A stretch of DNA of 64,000 nt from an uncultured Elusimicrobium sp. (GCA_964490555.1 CAZBCE010000003.1:733-64732); one strand, 5' to 3'; positions 34,549-44,486 are shown, numbered from the stretch's first letter. Notes: a model not told the origin generated them from the sequence alone. Program-made: numbers and translations.

Positions 34549-36344
34549 TTTATCTCCTTTTCAAGTTCTTTTATAAGTTCCAAAGTTCTCTCGGCGGCTT
34601 CGCTTACGGCTATGCTGTTGGTAAGCATGGCGGCGGGAGCGTATTTAAGCATTTCAAACTCTCCCCACAGCTTGGCCAAAGCCTGGCTGTTAAGCGCGTT
34701 AATTTTAAGATTATCCGCAACGTCTGAAATTGTCATAATGCCTATCGGCCCGCCTTTTTTGGCTTCAAGATAGTCGGTTAATGCGGCGGAAACTTCGCCC
34801 AGAGTTTTGGCCTGCGCCAAAGCTTTTTTGGCATTTTTGAAAGCTTTCTTTTTGGCAAGCAGAGGCAGTTCTTTTACACCGAAAAGATGCTTTACAATAC
34901 CCGCTAAAATCAGCACAAAAATTAAATAGTTAAAAGTGCCAAGACCGTCAAAGAAACCTGTAAACAAAGTAAAAATACCCGTTTTTCCGCTCTTTATATA
35001 GCTGATGTCGGCGTTAAGTTTTTCCACTCTGGCCGAAGCGGGCAAAGTATCGCTGGAAAAAGAAACGCTTGTGCCTTTAGGCGCGGCGGAAGAGGGCGTT
35101 ACGTCCAAAAGTATCGGCGGCGCGCTGACGGTTTTGTAAGAAGCGGTTGCGGTGTCAAAATAAGTAAAGTAAGTTTTTGGTATTTCAAATGTTCCCGATA
35201 CGCGCGGCACAATAACCGTTTTGCAGGTTTTAATGCCGCCCACCAAAGTGCCGTTTAATTTTGTGGACGATGACGAAGTGGTGTCATATACCCTAAAGTT
35301 TGCCCCCATATCGGGTGCGGGAATATCGGCTATGGCGCGCATATTGCCGTTGCCTCTTACCGTAACGGTAATGGTAACGGGTTCGCCCGCCTGCGGCTTA
35401 GTATTATCCGCCTCCGCCGTTATAAAATAATCCGTGCCGACTGCGCCGTAAAAAGTTTTTGGGCGGTTATCTTTGGGCAAAGCCTCAATTTGTATATAAA
35501 CGGGTTCGCTTTTTACAGACTTTGATGAAGCCCCCGCCGCCGCATTAAAGAACAAATCAAAAGTATCCATATCCGCGCCTTCCACAATGCTGTACTGCAC
35601 GGTGGCAGGGCCGACTATAGCTTTACCCGGTAAAATGCCGAACAGGGCCGTAACAAATTCCGTATAGATATACTGCTTGCCGTCTATGGTTTGGGAATCC
35701 TGATTTGTTTTTATTTCTTCGGGAACAAGGGCTTGCATTTTAGGCCTGTCATACTGAGGATTGCCAAGCGTGCTTTGCGCCTGATAGAAACGTATTTTTA
35801 AAAGTATCTGCTCGTTAAGATATGCCTTTGTTTTATCGGCGGAGGCCGTCATAAAAAAATCAGGCATTTTGGAGGAGGTTTTAACGGCGGGGTCTGTCTG
35901 CGCGGGTGCGGAGGTTCTGGCGTCTTTCGCGCCGCCCGCTTTTTGCGCGGAACTGTCTTTACGGTAAACTTCAACTTCTATCGGGTCCGTATTATATTGC
36001 TGCCCGCCTACTTTAATGGTAAAAGAACCTATTGTGGACTTGCCCGCAAAACGCGGCGATAAAATATAGTTAAACTTTTGCAAAGTATTAACTTTACCGT
36101 TAATCATTGTTATATTTCTGCTTTGGCCTGATGAGTAAATATTAAAATTGGGCAGGGAAGGCATTTGCGGCGCGTCAATATCGGTTACGGGCGCGTTTAC
36201 GGTTATGGTAAGGTTTATATCTTCGCTAACGTCGGCAAGCGGCTTATCCACGGAAGCGCGTATTGTTACCTGACTGAAAACTGTTGCGGCGCATAAAGCA
36301 AAAGCAAAAGTGAGAGATATCCTTTTAAGCATTATCATTACCAA
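34545..36344 (-). CDS. batD: BatD-like protein
   Basis: About 600 aa with a signal peptide, repeated beta-rich regions, a single late TM helix (FNYLIFVLILAGIV) and a cytoplasmic tail. Its position in the operon matches BatD. Confidence 0.7.
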   Translation of the reverse strand: MVMIMLKRISLTFAFALCAATVFSQVTIRASVDKPLADVSEDINLTITVNAPVTDIDAPQMPSLPNFNIYSSGQSRNITMINGKVNTLQKFNYILSPRFAGKSTIGSFTIKVGGQQYNTDPIEVEVYRKDSSAQKAGGAKDARTSAPAQTDPAVKTSSKMPDFFMTASADKTKAYLNEQILLKIRFYQAQSTLGNPQYDRPKMQALVPEEIKTNQDSQTIDGKQYIYTEFVTALFGILPGKAIVGPATVQYSIVEGADMDTFDLFFNAAAGASSKSVKSEPVYIQIEALPKDNRPKTFYGAVGTDYFITAEADNTKPQAGEPVTITVTVRGNGNMRAIADIPAPDMGANFRVYDTTSSSSTKLNGTLVGGIKTCKTVIVPRVSGTFEIPKTYFTYFDTATASYKTVSAPPILLDVTPSSAAPKGTSVSFSSDTLPASARVEKLNADISYIKSGKTGIFTLFTGFFDGLGTFNYLIFVLILAGIVKHLFGVKELPLLAKKKAFKNAKKALAQAKTLGEVSAALTDYLEAKKGGPIGIMTISDVADNLKINALNSQALAKLWGEFEMLKYAPAAMLTNSIAVSEAAERTLELIKELEKEIK

Positions 36345-36988
36345 TCCTTATCCACGGTTTCCTGCCGGGGCTTTGCGGCGGGGGGCAGCACATTATTGCC
36401 CTGCTCTTTAAGCATTTGAAGAACGCTGTCGGCTTCTTCTTTAGAAATATTATTTTGCCCTTTATCCTGCTTTTCCTGCTGGTTGTCACTCTTATTATTT
36501 TTATTATTCTGCTTATCCTGATTGTTCTGATTGTTATTGTCTTTATTGTTTTGGTTATTTTGATTGTCTTTGTCTTTTTGCTGCTCCTGCAAGGTAAGCT
36601 GTAAATTATGCAGGGCTTCTTCGTCCTTCAAATTCATCAGATAGGCGGAACGGTATAAAGCGGCGGCTTTGGTTTTGTCCGTATTGTAATAAGCATTGCC
36701 CGCGTTAAAATATGCGTTTTGCTTAAGGGCGGGGTCCTGCTCGGCGGCATCAAGATAAGCCTTTGCGGCATTATTATAATCTTTAAGCCTGTACAGCGCC
36801 GCGCCCGAGTTATATTGCCCGTAAGCTGGGCTGCCCTTATGGGCGGCCTGCTGGTAAAGGTCAAAAGCTATGCCGTATTTTTGATTATTATAAGCGCTGT
36901 TTCCGCTGCGCAAAAGGCCCGAACCCGAAGCGAAAGCCGCGCGGGAGAGAACCAGCAGAGCGAAAAATAAAACAAGTTTGGTACGCAT
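36338..36988 (-). CDS. batC: BatC-like TPR protein with an Asn/Gln/Lys/Asp-rich tail
   Basis: Signal peptide and TPR-like repeats (YNSGAALYRLKDYNNAAKAY, YFNAGNAYYN), followed by QKDKDNQNNQNNKDNNNQNNQDKQNNKNNK low complexity. Confidence 0.68.
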   Translation of the reverse strand: MRTKLVLFFALLVLSRAAFASGSGLLRSGNSAYNNQKYGIAFDLYQQAAHKGSPAYGQYNSGAALYRLKDYNNAAKAYLDAAEQDPALKQNAYFNAGNAYYNTDKTKAAALYRSAYLMNLKDEEALHNLQLTLQEQQKDKDNQNNQNNKDNNNQNNQDKQNNKNNKSDNQQEKQDKGQNNISKEEADSVLQMLKEQGNNVLPPAAKPRQETVDKDW

Positions 36989-36993
36989 ATTTC

Positions 36994-37995
36994 TTATTCT
37001 ACATTTCTTAGAGGAATAAGTATAGAGGATAAAACAAGTAAAATGCCTATAAAAAGCGGTATTTGGTAGCGGTTTTTGTAAACAATGCCGCTTGAAACCT
37101 TGGAAGTACTCTTATCTAAGGCGGAAAGCTGGACTGTAATTTCCTCCGCGGTTTGCTGCGCGGTGGTATATTTTATATAAACGCCGCCCGTGGCCGAAGC
37201 TAAAGACATCAGGGATTGCTCGTCAAGTTTGGTAAGTACGGTTTTGCCTTCTTTATCTTTTTTATAGCTTCTGCCCGAAGGAGTGTTAACGGGGATAAGT
37301 TCCCCGTCTTTACTGCCTATACCTACGGCAATAATTTTAATATCGTTTGAGCGCGCTTCTTTTACCGCGCTTTCTATATCCTGCGGTTTGTGGTCCTCCC
37401 CGTCGGTAACAAGTATAAGCGCTTTTTTACCCGGGTACGGGGATAGCATTTGGGAAGCCAGCCTTACCGCCGCCGCAAGGGAAGTGCCTTGCACGGGAAG
37501 AGAGTTAAAATTTAGCGCGCCCAATAAACTTTGCAGGGCGGAAATATCTGTGGTAACAGGGCATTGCAAAAACGCTCTGGAAGTAAAAGCGACTATACCC
37601 ATTCTCTGGTTTGTCATATCTGCGGTAAGCATAGAAAGCATTGTTTTTGCGCCCGAAAGCCTGTTTGGTTTTATATCGCGCGCAGCCATAGAGGCGGAAA
37701 CGTCAACAGCCAAAACGGTTTGGGAATAGCTTATATCAGCCTCCACTTTTTGCCTGCCCCACTGCGGGCCCGCAAGAGCGATAAACAAAAATAAAAGGCC
37801 GACTAAAAATAATATGTCGCTTAAGCGTCTGCGGCGGGCAAGTTCCTGCGGGATAAGCGTTTTATAGTTGGCGGCGGAAAACAGTTTTTTTACAATATAT
37901 TCTTTACGCTTAACGCCGTAAAACCACAAAGCCCCAACCGCAAGCGCGCTTATGGCAAGGTAAATAAATATTTTTATATTTGCGAAAAGTTCCAT
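36994..37995 (-). CDS. batB: vWA domain protein, BatB-like
   Basis: N-terminal TM helices. vWA MIDAS start LAVDVSASM, then ILVTDGEDH, and a C-terminal TM helix. Confidence 0.8.
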   Translation of the reverse strand: MELFANIKIFIYLAISALAVGALWFYGVKRKEYIVKKLFSAANYKTLIPQELARRRRLSDILFLVGLLFLFIALAGPQWGRQKVEADISYSQTVLAVDVSASMAARDIKPNRLSGAKTMLSMLTADMTNQRMGIVAFTSRAFLQCPVTTDISALQSLLGALNFNSLPVQGTSLAAAVRLASQMLSPYPGKKALILVTDGEDHKPQDIESAVKEARSNDIKIIAVGIGSKDGELIPVNTPSGRSYKKDKEGKTVLTKLDEQSLMSLASATGGVYIKYTTAQQTAEEITVQLSALDKSTSKVSSGIVYKNRYQIPLFIGILLVLSSILIPLRNVE

Positions 37996-37996
37996 A

Positions 37997-39112
37997 TTAA
38001 GGTATTTTTATAAAGATAAATTTTTCCGTTATAAAAGCAAGCAGTAAAAGTATTAAAGCCGCGCTTAACAGGCCCGCGTAATTATCTTTATAGTTAACCT
38101 CCGTTTTTTGCTCAAAATCTGTTTTTTCAAGCATATTTATTTTTGCATAAATTCCCGCCAGCTCGGCATTGTTTTTGGCGCGGAAGAATTCCCCGCCCGT
38201 AGTTACAGCAACTTCCTTAAGCAAACCTTCGCCCACATTGGCATTATTGGGCATATTAACATAAGTGGTGCCGAAAAAGCTTTCCACGGGCATTTGCACA
38301 TCGCCCTCGCCCGCTATGGCTATGGTATAAACTTTAATACCGTAACCCGCCGCGGCTTTTGCGGCGGCAACTGGGTCCACCGTGCCGCTGTTGGATTCGC
38401 CGTCGGTAATCAAAATTATAATTTTACTTTTTGTGGGACTATCTTTAAGGTGCGCGGCGGAAACCGCAATAGCGTCGCCTATGGCGGTGCCGCCGCTGCC
38501 GCCGAGCATATTTATATTTATGGTATCAACAAAGGAATGCAGCGCGGTATAGTCCAGCGTAAGCGGGCATTGCAGCATTGCTATCTGGGCGAAAACAACT
38601 ATGCCTATTCTGTCGCTTTCCCTTTTATCTATAAAATCCTGCGCGGTCATTTTTGCGGCCGCCATTCTGTTGGGGTCAAAGTCCGCCGCTTCCATACTGC
38701 CGGAGGTATCAATAGTCATCATAATATCTATGCCTTTGGCGGGAGGAATAATACTTTTACCCGTCAGGCGCGGGCGGGCAAGCGCGACAACGCAAAGCGC
38801 AAGCGCGGCGGCGCAGAATAAGAAAGAAAGCCATTTTACAAGCAGGCCCGTAATGCCCGTTTTTAACTTAAATCCCTTTGCAAAAGGATATTTTACCGAC
38901 GGGGAATAATATTTTTTAAACGCGCCAGCCGCAGCCAGCAAAAGGAAAAGAGGTATTAAAAGATATAAAATGCGCGGATTGGCAAAATTCATTGCTTTAA
39001 TTAAAAAGGAAATAAACAAAGCCAGCGCGGCGGCTATAACTGCGCCGAGCGCGGCAAAAATAACATACTTTGTAAATTCCTCTTTATTTATATCAACAGT
39101 AATTTTTTTCAT
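37997..39112 (-). CDS. batA: vWA domain protein, BatA-like
   Basis: TM helices, MMTIDTSGSM (D-x-S-x-S MIDAS), ILITDGESNSG, and a C-terminal TM helix. Confidence 0.8.
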   Translation of the reverse strand: MKKITVDINKEEFTKYVIFAALGAVIAAALALFISFLIKAMNFANPRILYLLIPLFLLLAAAGAFKKYYSPSVKYPFAKGFKLKTGITGLLVKWLSFLFCAAALALCVVALARPRLTGKSIIPPAKGIDIMMTIDTSGSMEAADFDPNRMAAAKMTAQDFIDKRESDRIGIVVFAQIAMLQCPLTLDYTALHSFVDTININMLGGSGGTAIGDAIAVSAAHLKDSPTKSKIIILITDGESNSGTVDPVAAAKAAAGYGIKVYTIAIAGEGDVQMPVESFFGTTYVNMPNNANVGEGLLKEVAVTTGGEFFRAKNNAELAGIYAKINMLEKTDFEQKTEVNYKDNYAGLLSAALILLLLAFITEKFIFIKIP

Positions 39113-39124
39113 AACAAATTTCTC

Positions 39125-40591
39125 TTAAGGCAAAGTTCTGTGCGTAACGGTTTCCGCTTCTTCCTGCTTGCGTAAAGGATTATCCTGCGGCTGCTTAAAA
39201 ACAGGCGCGGGATTAAAACAAGCTTCTATCATCTGCCCGTATTTAATACCCTGTTTTTCCAAAGCTGATTTTACTTTTAAATCTATCGGACGGGCGGGCT
39301 GGCGGCTTACCAAAAACAGCTCCTTCATCTCCTGCGGAGTTCCCTCTTTTTTATCTTCTTTTTTATCTTCACCCGTCGCGGCGGCTTTCGGCTGTTCTTC
39401 TTTTTTCTCCGCCGCAGGAGCCTCGGCTACCGCGTGCAAGACGGAAGATAAATCCTTAATGCTCTGCTCTCTTTCCATAAGTCTTTGGGCAAATTCTTTT
39501 TCGCTCCGTATTATTTCTATCCCCGGCCCGACTTTTGCATTTTGCTCGCCGTCGCCGTCCGACAAATCAAAAATCTTTATATTGGTTTTCAATACGTCCT
39601 CGGAACTGGGCTGCAACAGCGCAGGCTGTTTGGTTTCTATTATTATATCGCGCAGGTTTTTTATATGTTCGTCGCGGTCGGCGTCGGCGGGTATTACCTT
39701 TGCAAACTTCACATAATCCGCTTCTTTTAAAAACAGGTTAACGGGTTCCGTATCCGTTTTAAATTCTTTACAGCGTTTAAGAGTCTTTATCAAATCCCTG
39801 CTGGTAAGGCGGTGGGCCTCAACTGCAAATCTTGCGGATAAATAATCCCTTAAAATATCCGTAAGACGAATATAGAAAAGTTTATAATTACGCGCCTCCC
39901 ACAGGCCTTCCATAAGTAAATTATCTATCTGCTCCAAAGCTATTATATGCAAAGGGCGGTTATCTGCCGTATAGGGCGTGATATGCCCCGAGGGAATAAC
40001 GGCCTTTTTAAGTTTATACCATCTCCACGCCGCAAAAGACGCCGCCGCAAGAGCAAGAGCCAAAGCAATATACCACGGATTAAACGGGCGGAACGGCGGG
40101 CGTATATCGGCAAGCCCCTGCTTTTTTACCTTTGCGTTTACGGGTTTGGTTTCTATGCGGAAAGTGTCGGAATAATATTTATTGCCCTGCGCATCAAACC
40201 AAGCCGTCTGAGGGAATTGCAAAACGCCCAGGTTAAACGGGATTACCGTAAGCGCGATTTTGCGCGGGTTTATCTGGTTTCTTGTTATTTTAATAATTTC
40301 AAAATCTTTACGGTCAAAATTTGCCAAGTCCAATTTGGCTTCCTGCGGCAATTCCACCTGCACCTCAAACTGGCGTCCGAATATGGCGGTTTTAGGTTTG
40401 CCCGCCACGATAACGGGAAGGTCTTTATTTATCTTAGGAGCGGCTGATTCAGCCGCCTGCGCGACAGAAGTTTTTTGCGCGGCGGCTTGCTGCGCCACGG
40501 CATTATCGGGCGCGGCCGTCTGCTGCGCGCTTGTGTTTAAAGCCGCAAAAGGCAGTGCAAGCAAAATAAATAAAAATATCTTTTTTGTCAT
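39125..40591 (-). CDS. expanded DUF4381-like membrane protein of the Bat operon
   Basis: Signal peptide and a beta-rich periplasmic region. TM segment WYIALALALAAASFAAWRWY is followed by ALEQIDNL...FYIRLTDILRDYL (a DUF4381-like pattern). A Glu/Lys-rich C-terminal extension follows. Confidence 0.5.
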   Translation of the reverse strand: MTKKIFLFILLALPFAALNTSAQQTAAPDNAVAQQAAAQKTSVAQAAESAAPKINKDLPVIVAGKPKTAIFGRQFEVQVELPQEAKLDLANFDRKDFEIIKITRNQINPRKIALTVIPFNLGVLQFPQTAWFDAQGNKYYSDTFRIETKPVNAKVKKQGLADIRPPFRPFNPWYIALALALAAASFAAWRWYKLKKAVIPSGHITPYTADNRPLHIIALEQIDNLLMEGLWEARNYKLFYIRLTDILRDYLSARFAVEAHRLTSRDLIKTLKRCKEFKTDTEPVNLFLKEADYVKFAKVIPADADRDEHIKNLRDIIIETKQPALLQPSSEDVLKTNIKIFDLSDGDGEQNAKVGPGIEIIRSEKEFAQRLMEREQSIKDLSSVLHAVAEAPAAEKKEEQPKAAATGEDKKEDKKEGTPQEMKELFLVSRQPARPIDLKVKSALEKQGIKYGQMIEACFNPAPVFKQPQDNPLRKQEEAETVTHRTLP

Positions 40592-41475
40592 CTTTTAAGT
40601 TTGCGCGCTCTTTGTTTAAAAAATTTAACAACGGGGTCCGTAATATTCTCCGCCGAGTTTATGGTTATATACTGCACGCCCGCGGAGGTAAAAAGCTTTT
40701 GCGCTTTTTCCGCATTTTCTTTATAAGCGCGGTTTATTTGCGCTTTAAGCGCGGATTTAAGACCGACTACCAAACTTTCCCCGCCGCCGTCTTCCAGTCC
40801 TTCAAAGGAAATAAACGCAGGCAGAGAAGGCAAAGAAAGTTCCGCCTTATCCTGCACCACTACGGGGACAAGGTCAAACTTACGGGTGGCAAGTTTGAAA
40901 GATTTTTCGTAATTTTCCGCCATAAAGTCGGAAATTAAAAGCAAAATACCCTTTCTCTTTATAACTCTGTTTAAGGTATCAAGGCAAAGGGAAATATCCG
41001 TGCCTTTACTATTTGGATTAAAGGCCAAAAGCTCCCTTATAACGCGCAGAACATGGCGTTTGCCTTTGCGCGGAGGGATATAAAGTTCTATCTTGTCGGA
41101 AAATAAAAGCAGCCCTACTTTATCGTTATTTTTTATGGCGGAGAAAGCAAACAGCGCGCCAAGTTCCGCAACTGCTTCGCTTTTTAAACGGCCCGTGGAG
41201 CCGAAAAATTGCGAGGCGGAAACATCGCACGCTATAATAACGCTTAGTTCGCGCTCTTCGTTAAACTTTTTTACAAAGGTTGCGCCGCTGCGGGCAGATA
41301 CGTTCCAGTCTATACTGCGCACATCGTCGCCGGGGATATACTGGCGGACCTCGGCAAATTCTATGCCCTGGCCTTTAAAGACGCTAAGGTACTGTCCGGC
41401 AAATGTTTCGCTTACAAGTTTGCCGGTTTCAATCTCTATCCGACGAACGCGTTTTAAAATCTCTGCCGCTTGCAT
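40588..41475 (-). CDS. DUF58 family protein (vWA-like, MoxR partner)
   Basis: YIPGDDVRSIDWNVSARS motif; overlaps moxR and the downstream gene by 1-4 nt. Confidence 0.85.
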   Translation of the reverse strand: MQAAEILKRVRRIEIETGKLVSETFAGQYLSVFKGQGIEFAEVRQYIPGDDVRSIDWNVSARSGATFVKKFNEERELSVIIACDVSASQFFGSTGRLKSEAVAELGALFAFSAIKNNDKVGLLLFSDKIELYIPPRKGKRHVLRVIRELLAFNPNSKGTDISLCLDTLNRVIKRKGILLLISDFMAENYEKSFKLATRKFDLVPVVVQDKAELSLPSLPAFISFEGLEDGGGESLVVGLKSALKAQINRAYKENAEKAQKLFTSAGVQYITINSAENITDPVVKFFKQRARKLKR

Positions 41476-42458
41476 TATGGCACTTCTACCGTAGCGAATA
41501 TCTTTTTAATGATATCTTCCGTTGTAATATTTTCGGCCTCGGCTTCGTAAGTAAGCAGTATGCGGTGGCGCAATACATCGGGGCCTAATTCTTTTATATC
41601 TTCGGGCGTTACATATCCCCTGCCGTTTAAAAAGGCAAAAGCCTTGGCGGCCTGCGTCAGGTAAATTGACGCTCTGGGGCTTGCGCCGTAAAGAATATAA
41701 GAGGAAATCTCTTCCAGTTTATAAGCTTTCGGGTCTCTGGTGGCAAAAACAAGGTCAACAATATAATTTTTAACCTTTTCGTCTACATAAATACCGTCCG
41801 CCACGGCCCTTGCTTTAAGTATAGCCTCGGTAGTTATCTTGGAACTTACCGCGGGCTTTTGGGAGAGCGACATACGCTCTAAAATAGTTTTTTCTTCTTC
41901 TTTGGAAGGATAGCTTACCTTTATCTTAAGCATAAACCTGTCCACCTGCGCTTCCGGCAGGGGATAAGTTCCTTCCTGCTCCACGGGGTTTTGCGTGGCT
42001 AAAACCATAAACGGAACGGGAAGAGGATAGGTTTCGTCGCCTATCGTTACCTGACGTTCCTGCATAGCTTCCAGCAGCGCGCTTTGCACCTTGGCGGGAG
42101 AACGGTTAATTTCGTCGGCCAAAACAAGGTTGGCAAACACGGGCCCTTTGCGCGGGGCAAAAGAGCCTTCTTTAGGGTTAAAAATAAGCGTACCCGTAAT
42201 ATCTGCGGGCAAAAGGTCGGGCGTAAATTGTATGCGCTGGAAAGACGCGCTTAAAGCGTCGGCAAGCGTTTTAACCGTTAAGGTTTTTGCCAAACCGGGA
42301 ACGCCCTCTATAAGCACATGACCGTCGGCAATAAGGGCCACCAACATCTTTTCAACCAAATCTTCCTGCCCTACTATAACTTTTGATATTTCGTGCTTCA
42401 AGCCCTGCAAGAATAAACTTTCTTCCTGAACTTTCTTATTTATTTCGCTGATGTCCAT
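41475..42458 (-). CDS. moxR: MoxR-family AAA+ ATPase
   Basis: GVPGLAKT Walker A, LADEINR Walker B region, 327 aa. Confidence 0.93.
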   Translation of the reverse strand: MDISEINKKVQEESLFLQGLKHEISKVIVGQEDLVEKMLVALIADGHVLIEGVPGLAKTLTVKTLADALSASFQRIQFTPDLLPADITGTLIFNPKEGSFAPRKGPVFANLVLADEINRSPAKVQSALLEAMQERQVTIGDETYPLPVPFMVLATQNPVEQEGTYPLPEAQVDRFMLKIKVSYPSKEEEKTILERMSLSQKPAVSSKITTEAILKARAVADGIYVDEKVKNYIVDLVFATRDPKAYKLEEISSYILYGASPRASIYLTQAAKAFAFLNGRGYVTPEDIKELGPDVLRHRILLTYEAEAENITTEDIIKKIFATVEVP

Positions 42459-42480
42459 TTTAACGCTCCGTTACAAAAAT

Positions 42481-43164
42481 TTAAGTTCCCATCGGGGCAG
42501 ATATGGCATCTTCTATCTGCTGCGTGGGCAAAGTCCTCTTTGCTGGTGCAGCGGCATTGTTCTCCGTAGGGGAATTATACCAAGGCTGCTGCGAAATTTC
42601 GTCATTAATCAGCTTAGCCTCCGCAGCTACGGCGGGGCTGGGGTCTTTCATCGCTTCGGCAATTATAGGGGCGACTTCAAAAGATTTAAAATCAGCTATT
42701 TTGTGCAAAAGCACCTTTCTGGAAAATACGCCCCTGTCAAAAAAGCTCTTTAAGATATCAAGCGTTTGCTTATCTCTGTACTGCAAGAGCAGATTAAGTA
42801 TTTTTGCCTTTTCTTCGGGCAGAGTAAAAGCGTTAAGGTATCTGTTAATAAGCAGGGCGGAATCATCGGAACCGTTGGCATAAGCCATTTCCACATAAGC
42901 GTAACAGGCGGAGGCGTCATAAGAATCAAAAATAGTTTTTTCAATAGTTCTGATGCTTTCGGAACTGCCTTTTAAGCCGCCCGCGCGGGAGGGTTCTTTA
43001 TCAGGCAAACCGGGTTTTGCCGCCGTCTTGGCAGCAGAATTATTACCGCCCATAAAGAATTGGGAATTAACCCCTATCTGGCCTTTGATAACATTAAGGA
43101 ATCCGTTATTATAAAGATAATAGCCGCCGCCTAAAAGAAGTAAAACCACTATTAATTGTTTCAT
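42481..43164 (-). CDS. hypothetical membrane-anchored protein (helical-repeat-like)
   Basis: N-terminal TM helix (LIVVLLLLGGGYYLY), with the rest alpha-helical-looking. It lies immediately upstream of moxR on the same strand. Confidence 0.5.
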   Translation of the reverse strand: MKQLIVVLLLLGGGYYLYNNGFLNVIKGQIGVNSQFFMGGNNSAAKTAAKPGLPDKEPSRAGGLKGSSESIRTIEKTIFDSYDASACYAYVEMAYANGSDDSALLINRYLNAFTLPEEKAKILNLLLQYRDKQTLDILKSFFDRGVFSRKVLLHKIADFKSFEVAPIIAEAMKDPSPAVAAEAKLINDEISQQPWYNSPTENNAAAPAKRTLPTQQIEDAISAPMGT

Positions 43165-43382
43165 AAGCGAGCAATCCTCCGTTTTTTATATTATAGATTT
43201 TTTTACCGCATATTCATAAAGAGCGGCAACACATAAAAGTATACCTTTTAAGCCCGTAAAATGCCAAGTATTTAAAGGCGTATTTTTGCATAGCAAAGCA
43301 TTAAACGGCTAAATTTTATATGATAATAAACAGCCCGCTTTCCCGTTTGCCCGAAAAATATCAGTTTTACGGAGATTTATTT

Positions 43383-44486
43383 ATGAGGATTCACGACGAT
43401 GTGCAATTAGATTACTGTGATGTTTTGCTGCGCCCCAAACGTTCCGCTTTGGCTTCCCGCGCGCAGGTTGAGGTAGAAAGAGAATATACCTTTAAATGGT
43501 GCCCTTCAACCATAAAAGCTACAGGCATCGTTTCCGCCAATATGGCGACGACAGGCACATTTGAAATCGCCAAAGAGATGCAAAAACACAAACTTTTTAC
43601 CGCTTTGCATAAGCATTACACCATTAAAGAGATTACCGACTTTCTTAAAACCAACAAAAAAGAGTTTAAGAATAATGACCTTATTTTTATAAGTTCGGGC
43701 GTTTCTGACGAAGATTTTAAAAAGCTTAAGACCATAATGGACACTAAGCTGGTAAACAATATCTGTATAGACGTCGCCAACGGTTATTCCCCCTATCTCG
43801 TAAACTATATAAACAAAGTTCGCGCGGCCTACCCAAAGGCTTTAATTATGGCGGGCAATGTTGTAACGGGGGATATGACCGAAGACCTTATATTAAACGG
43901 CGTTGATATTGTTAAAGTAGGCATAGGCCCCGGCTCTGTATGCACAACCCGCAAATTAACAGGCGTGGGCAGACCCCAGTTTTCAACCGTAATAGAGTGC
44001 GCGGACGCTGCGCACGGCGTTGGCGGTATGATTTGCGCCGACGGCGGCTGCACCGTACCAGGTGATATTTGCAAAAGCTTATGCGCCGGCGCGGATTTTG
44101 TTATGCTGGGCGGTATGCTTGCGGGACATAATGAAAGCGGCGGGGAACTTATAACAAAAACCTTTCAAACCAATCAGGTTGAGGCCGAAGGCGATGACAG
44201 CTTTTCCTGCTTGCTTGAGCAAAAAATGTTTAAGAAATTTTACGGTATGAGTTCAGAATACGCGCAGGATATGTTTTACGGTGGTATGAAAAAGTACCGC
44301 GCCAGCGAAGGCAAAGTGGTGGAAATACCCTTCCGCGGCGATATAGAAAATACTTTGCTTGCCATACTTGGCGGTATAAGAAGCGCAATGACTTATATAG
44401 GCGCAAAACGCATTAAGGATATGCCCAAATGCGCCACTTTCTACCGCGTTAACAGGCAGCTTAATAATATCTTCGGGCAGGAATAA
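43383..44486 (+). CDS. guaC: GMP reductase
   Basis: MRIHDDVQLDYCDVLLRPKRS matches the GuaC N-terminus pattern, plus GIGPGSVCTTR. The ATG at 43383 is preceded by GGAG; the track ORF starts 63 nt earlier. Confidence 0.88.
   Translation: MRIHDDVQLDYCDVLLRPKRSALASRAQVEVEREYTFKWCPSTIKATGIVSANMATTGTFEIAKEMQKHKLFTALHKHYTIKEITDFLKTNKKEFKNNDLIFISSGVSDEDFKKLKTIMDTKLVNNICIDVANGYSPYLVNYINKVRAAYPKALIMAGNVVTGDMTEDLILNGVDIVKVGIGPGSVCTTRKLTGVGRPQFSTVIECADAAHGVGGMICADGGCTVPGDICKSLCAGADFVMLGGMLAGHNESGGELITKTFQTNQVEAEGDDSFSCLLEQKMFKKFYGMSSEYAQDMFYGGMKKYRASEGKVVEIPFRGDIENTLLAILGGIRSAMTYIGAKRIKDMPKCATFYRVNRQLNNIFGQE

Noticed and set aside
38108-38821. 237-aa plus-strand ORF opposite batA
   Set aside because: The minus strand encodes a clear vWA/MIDAS domain. 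The plus-strand product is Gly/Arg/Ala-rich antisense noise.
43165-43382. Purine riboswitch upstream of guaC
   Set aside because: Only a CCGTAAAATG-like fragment resembles the L3 region. There is no J2/3 UUUCUACC-like segment, no P1 pairing and no L2 partner.
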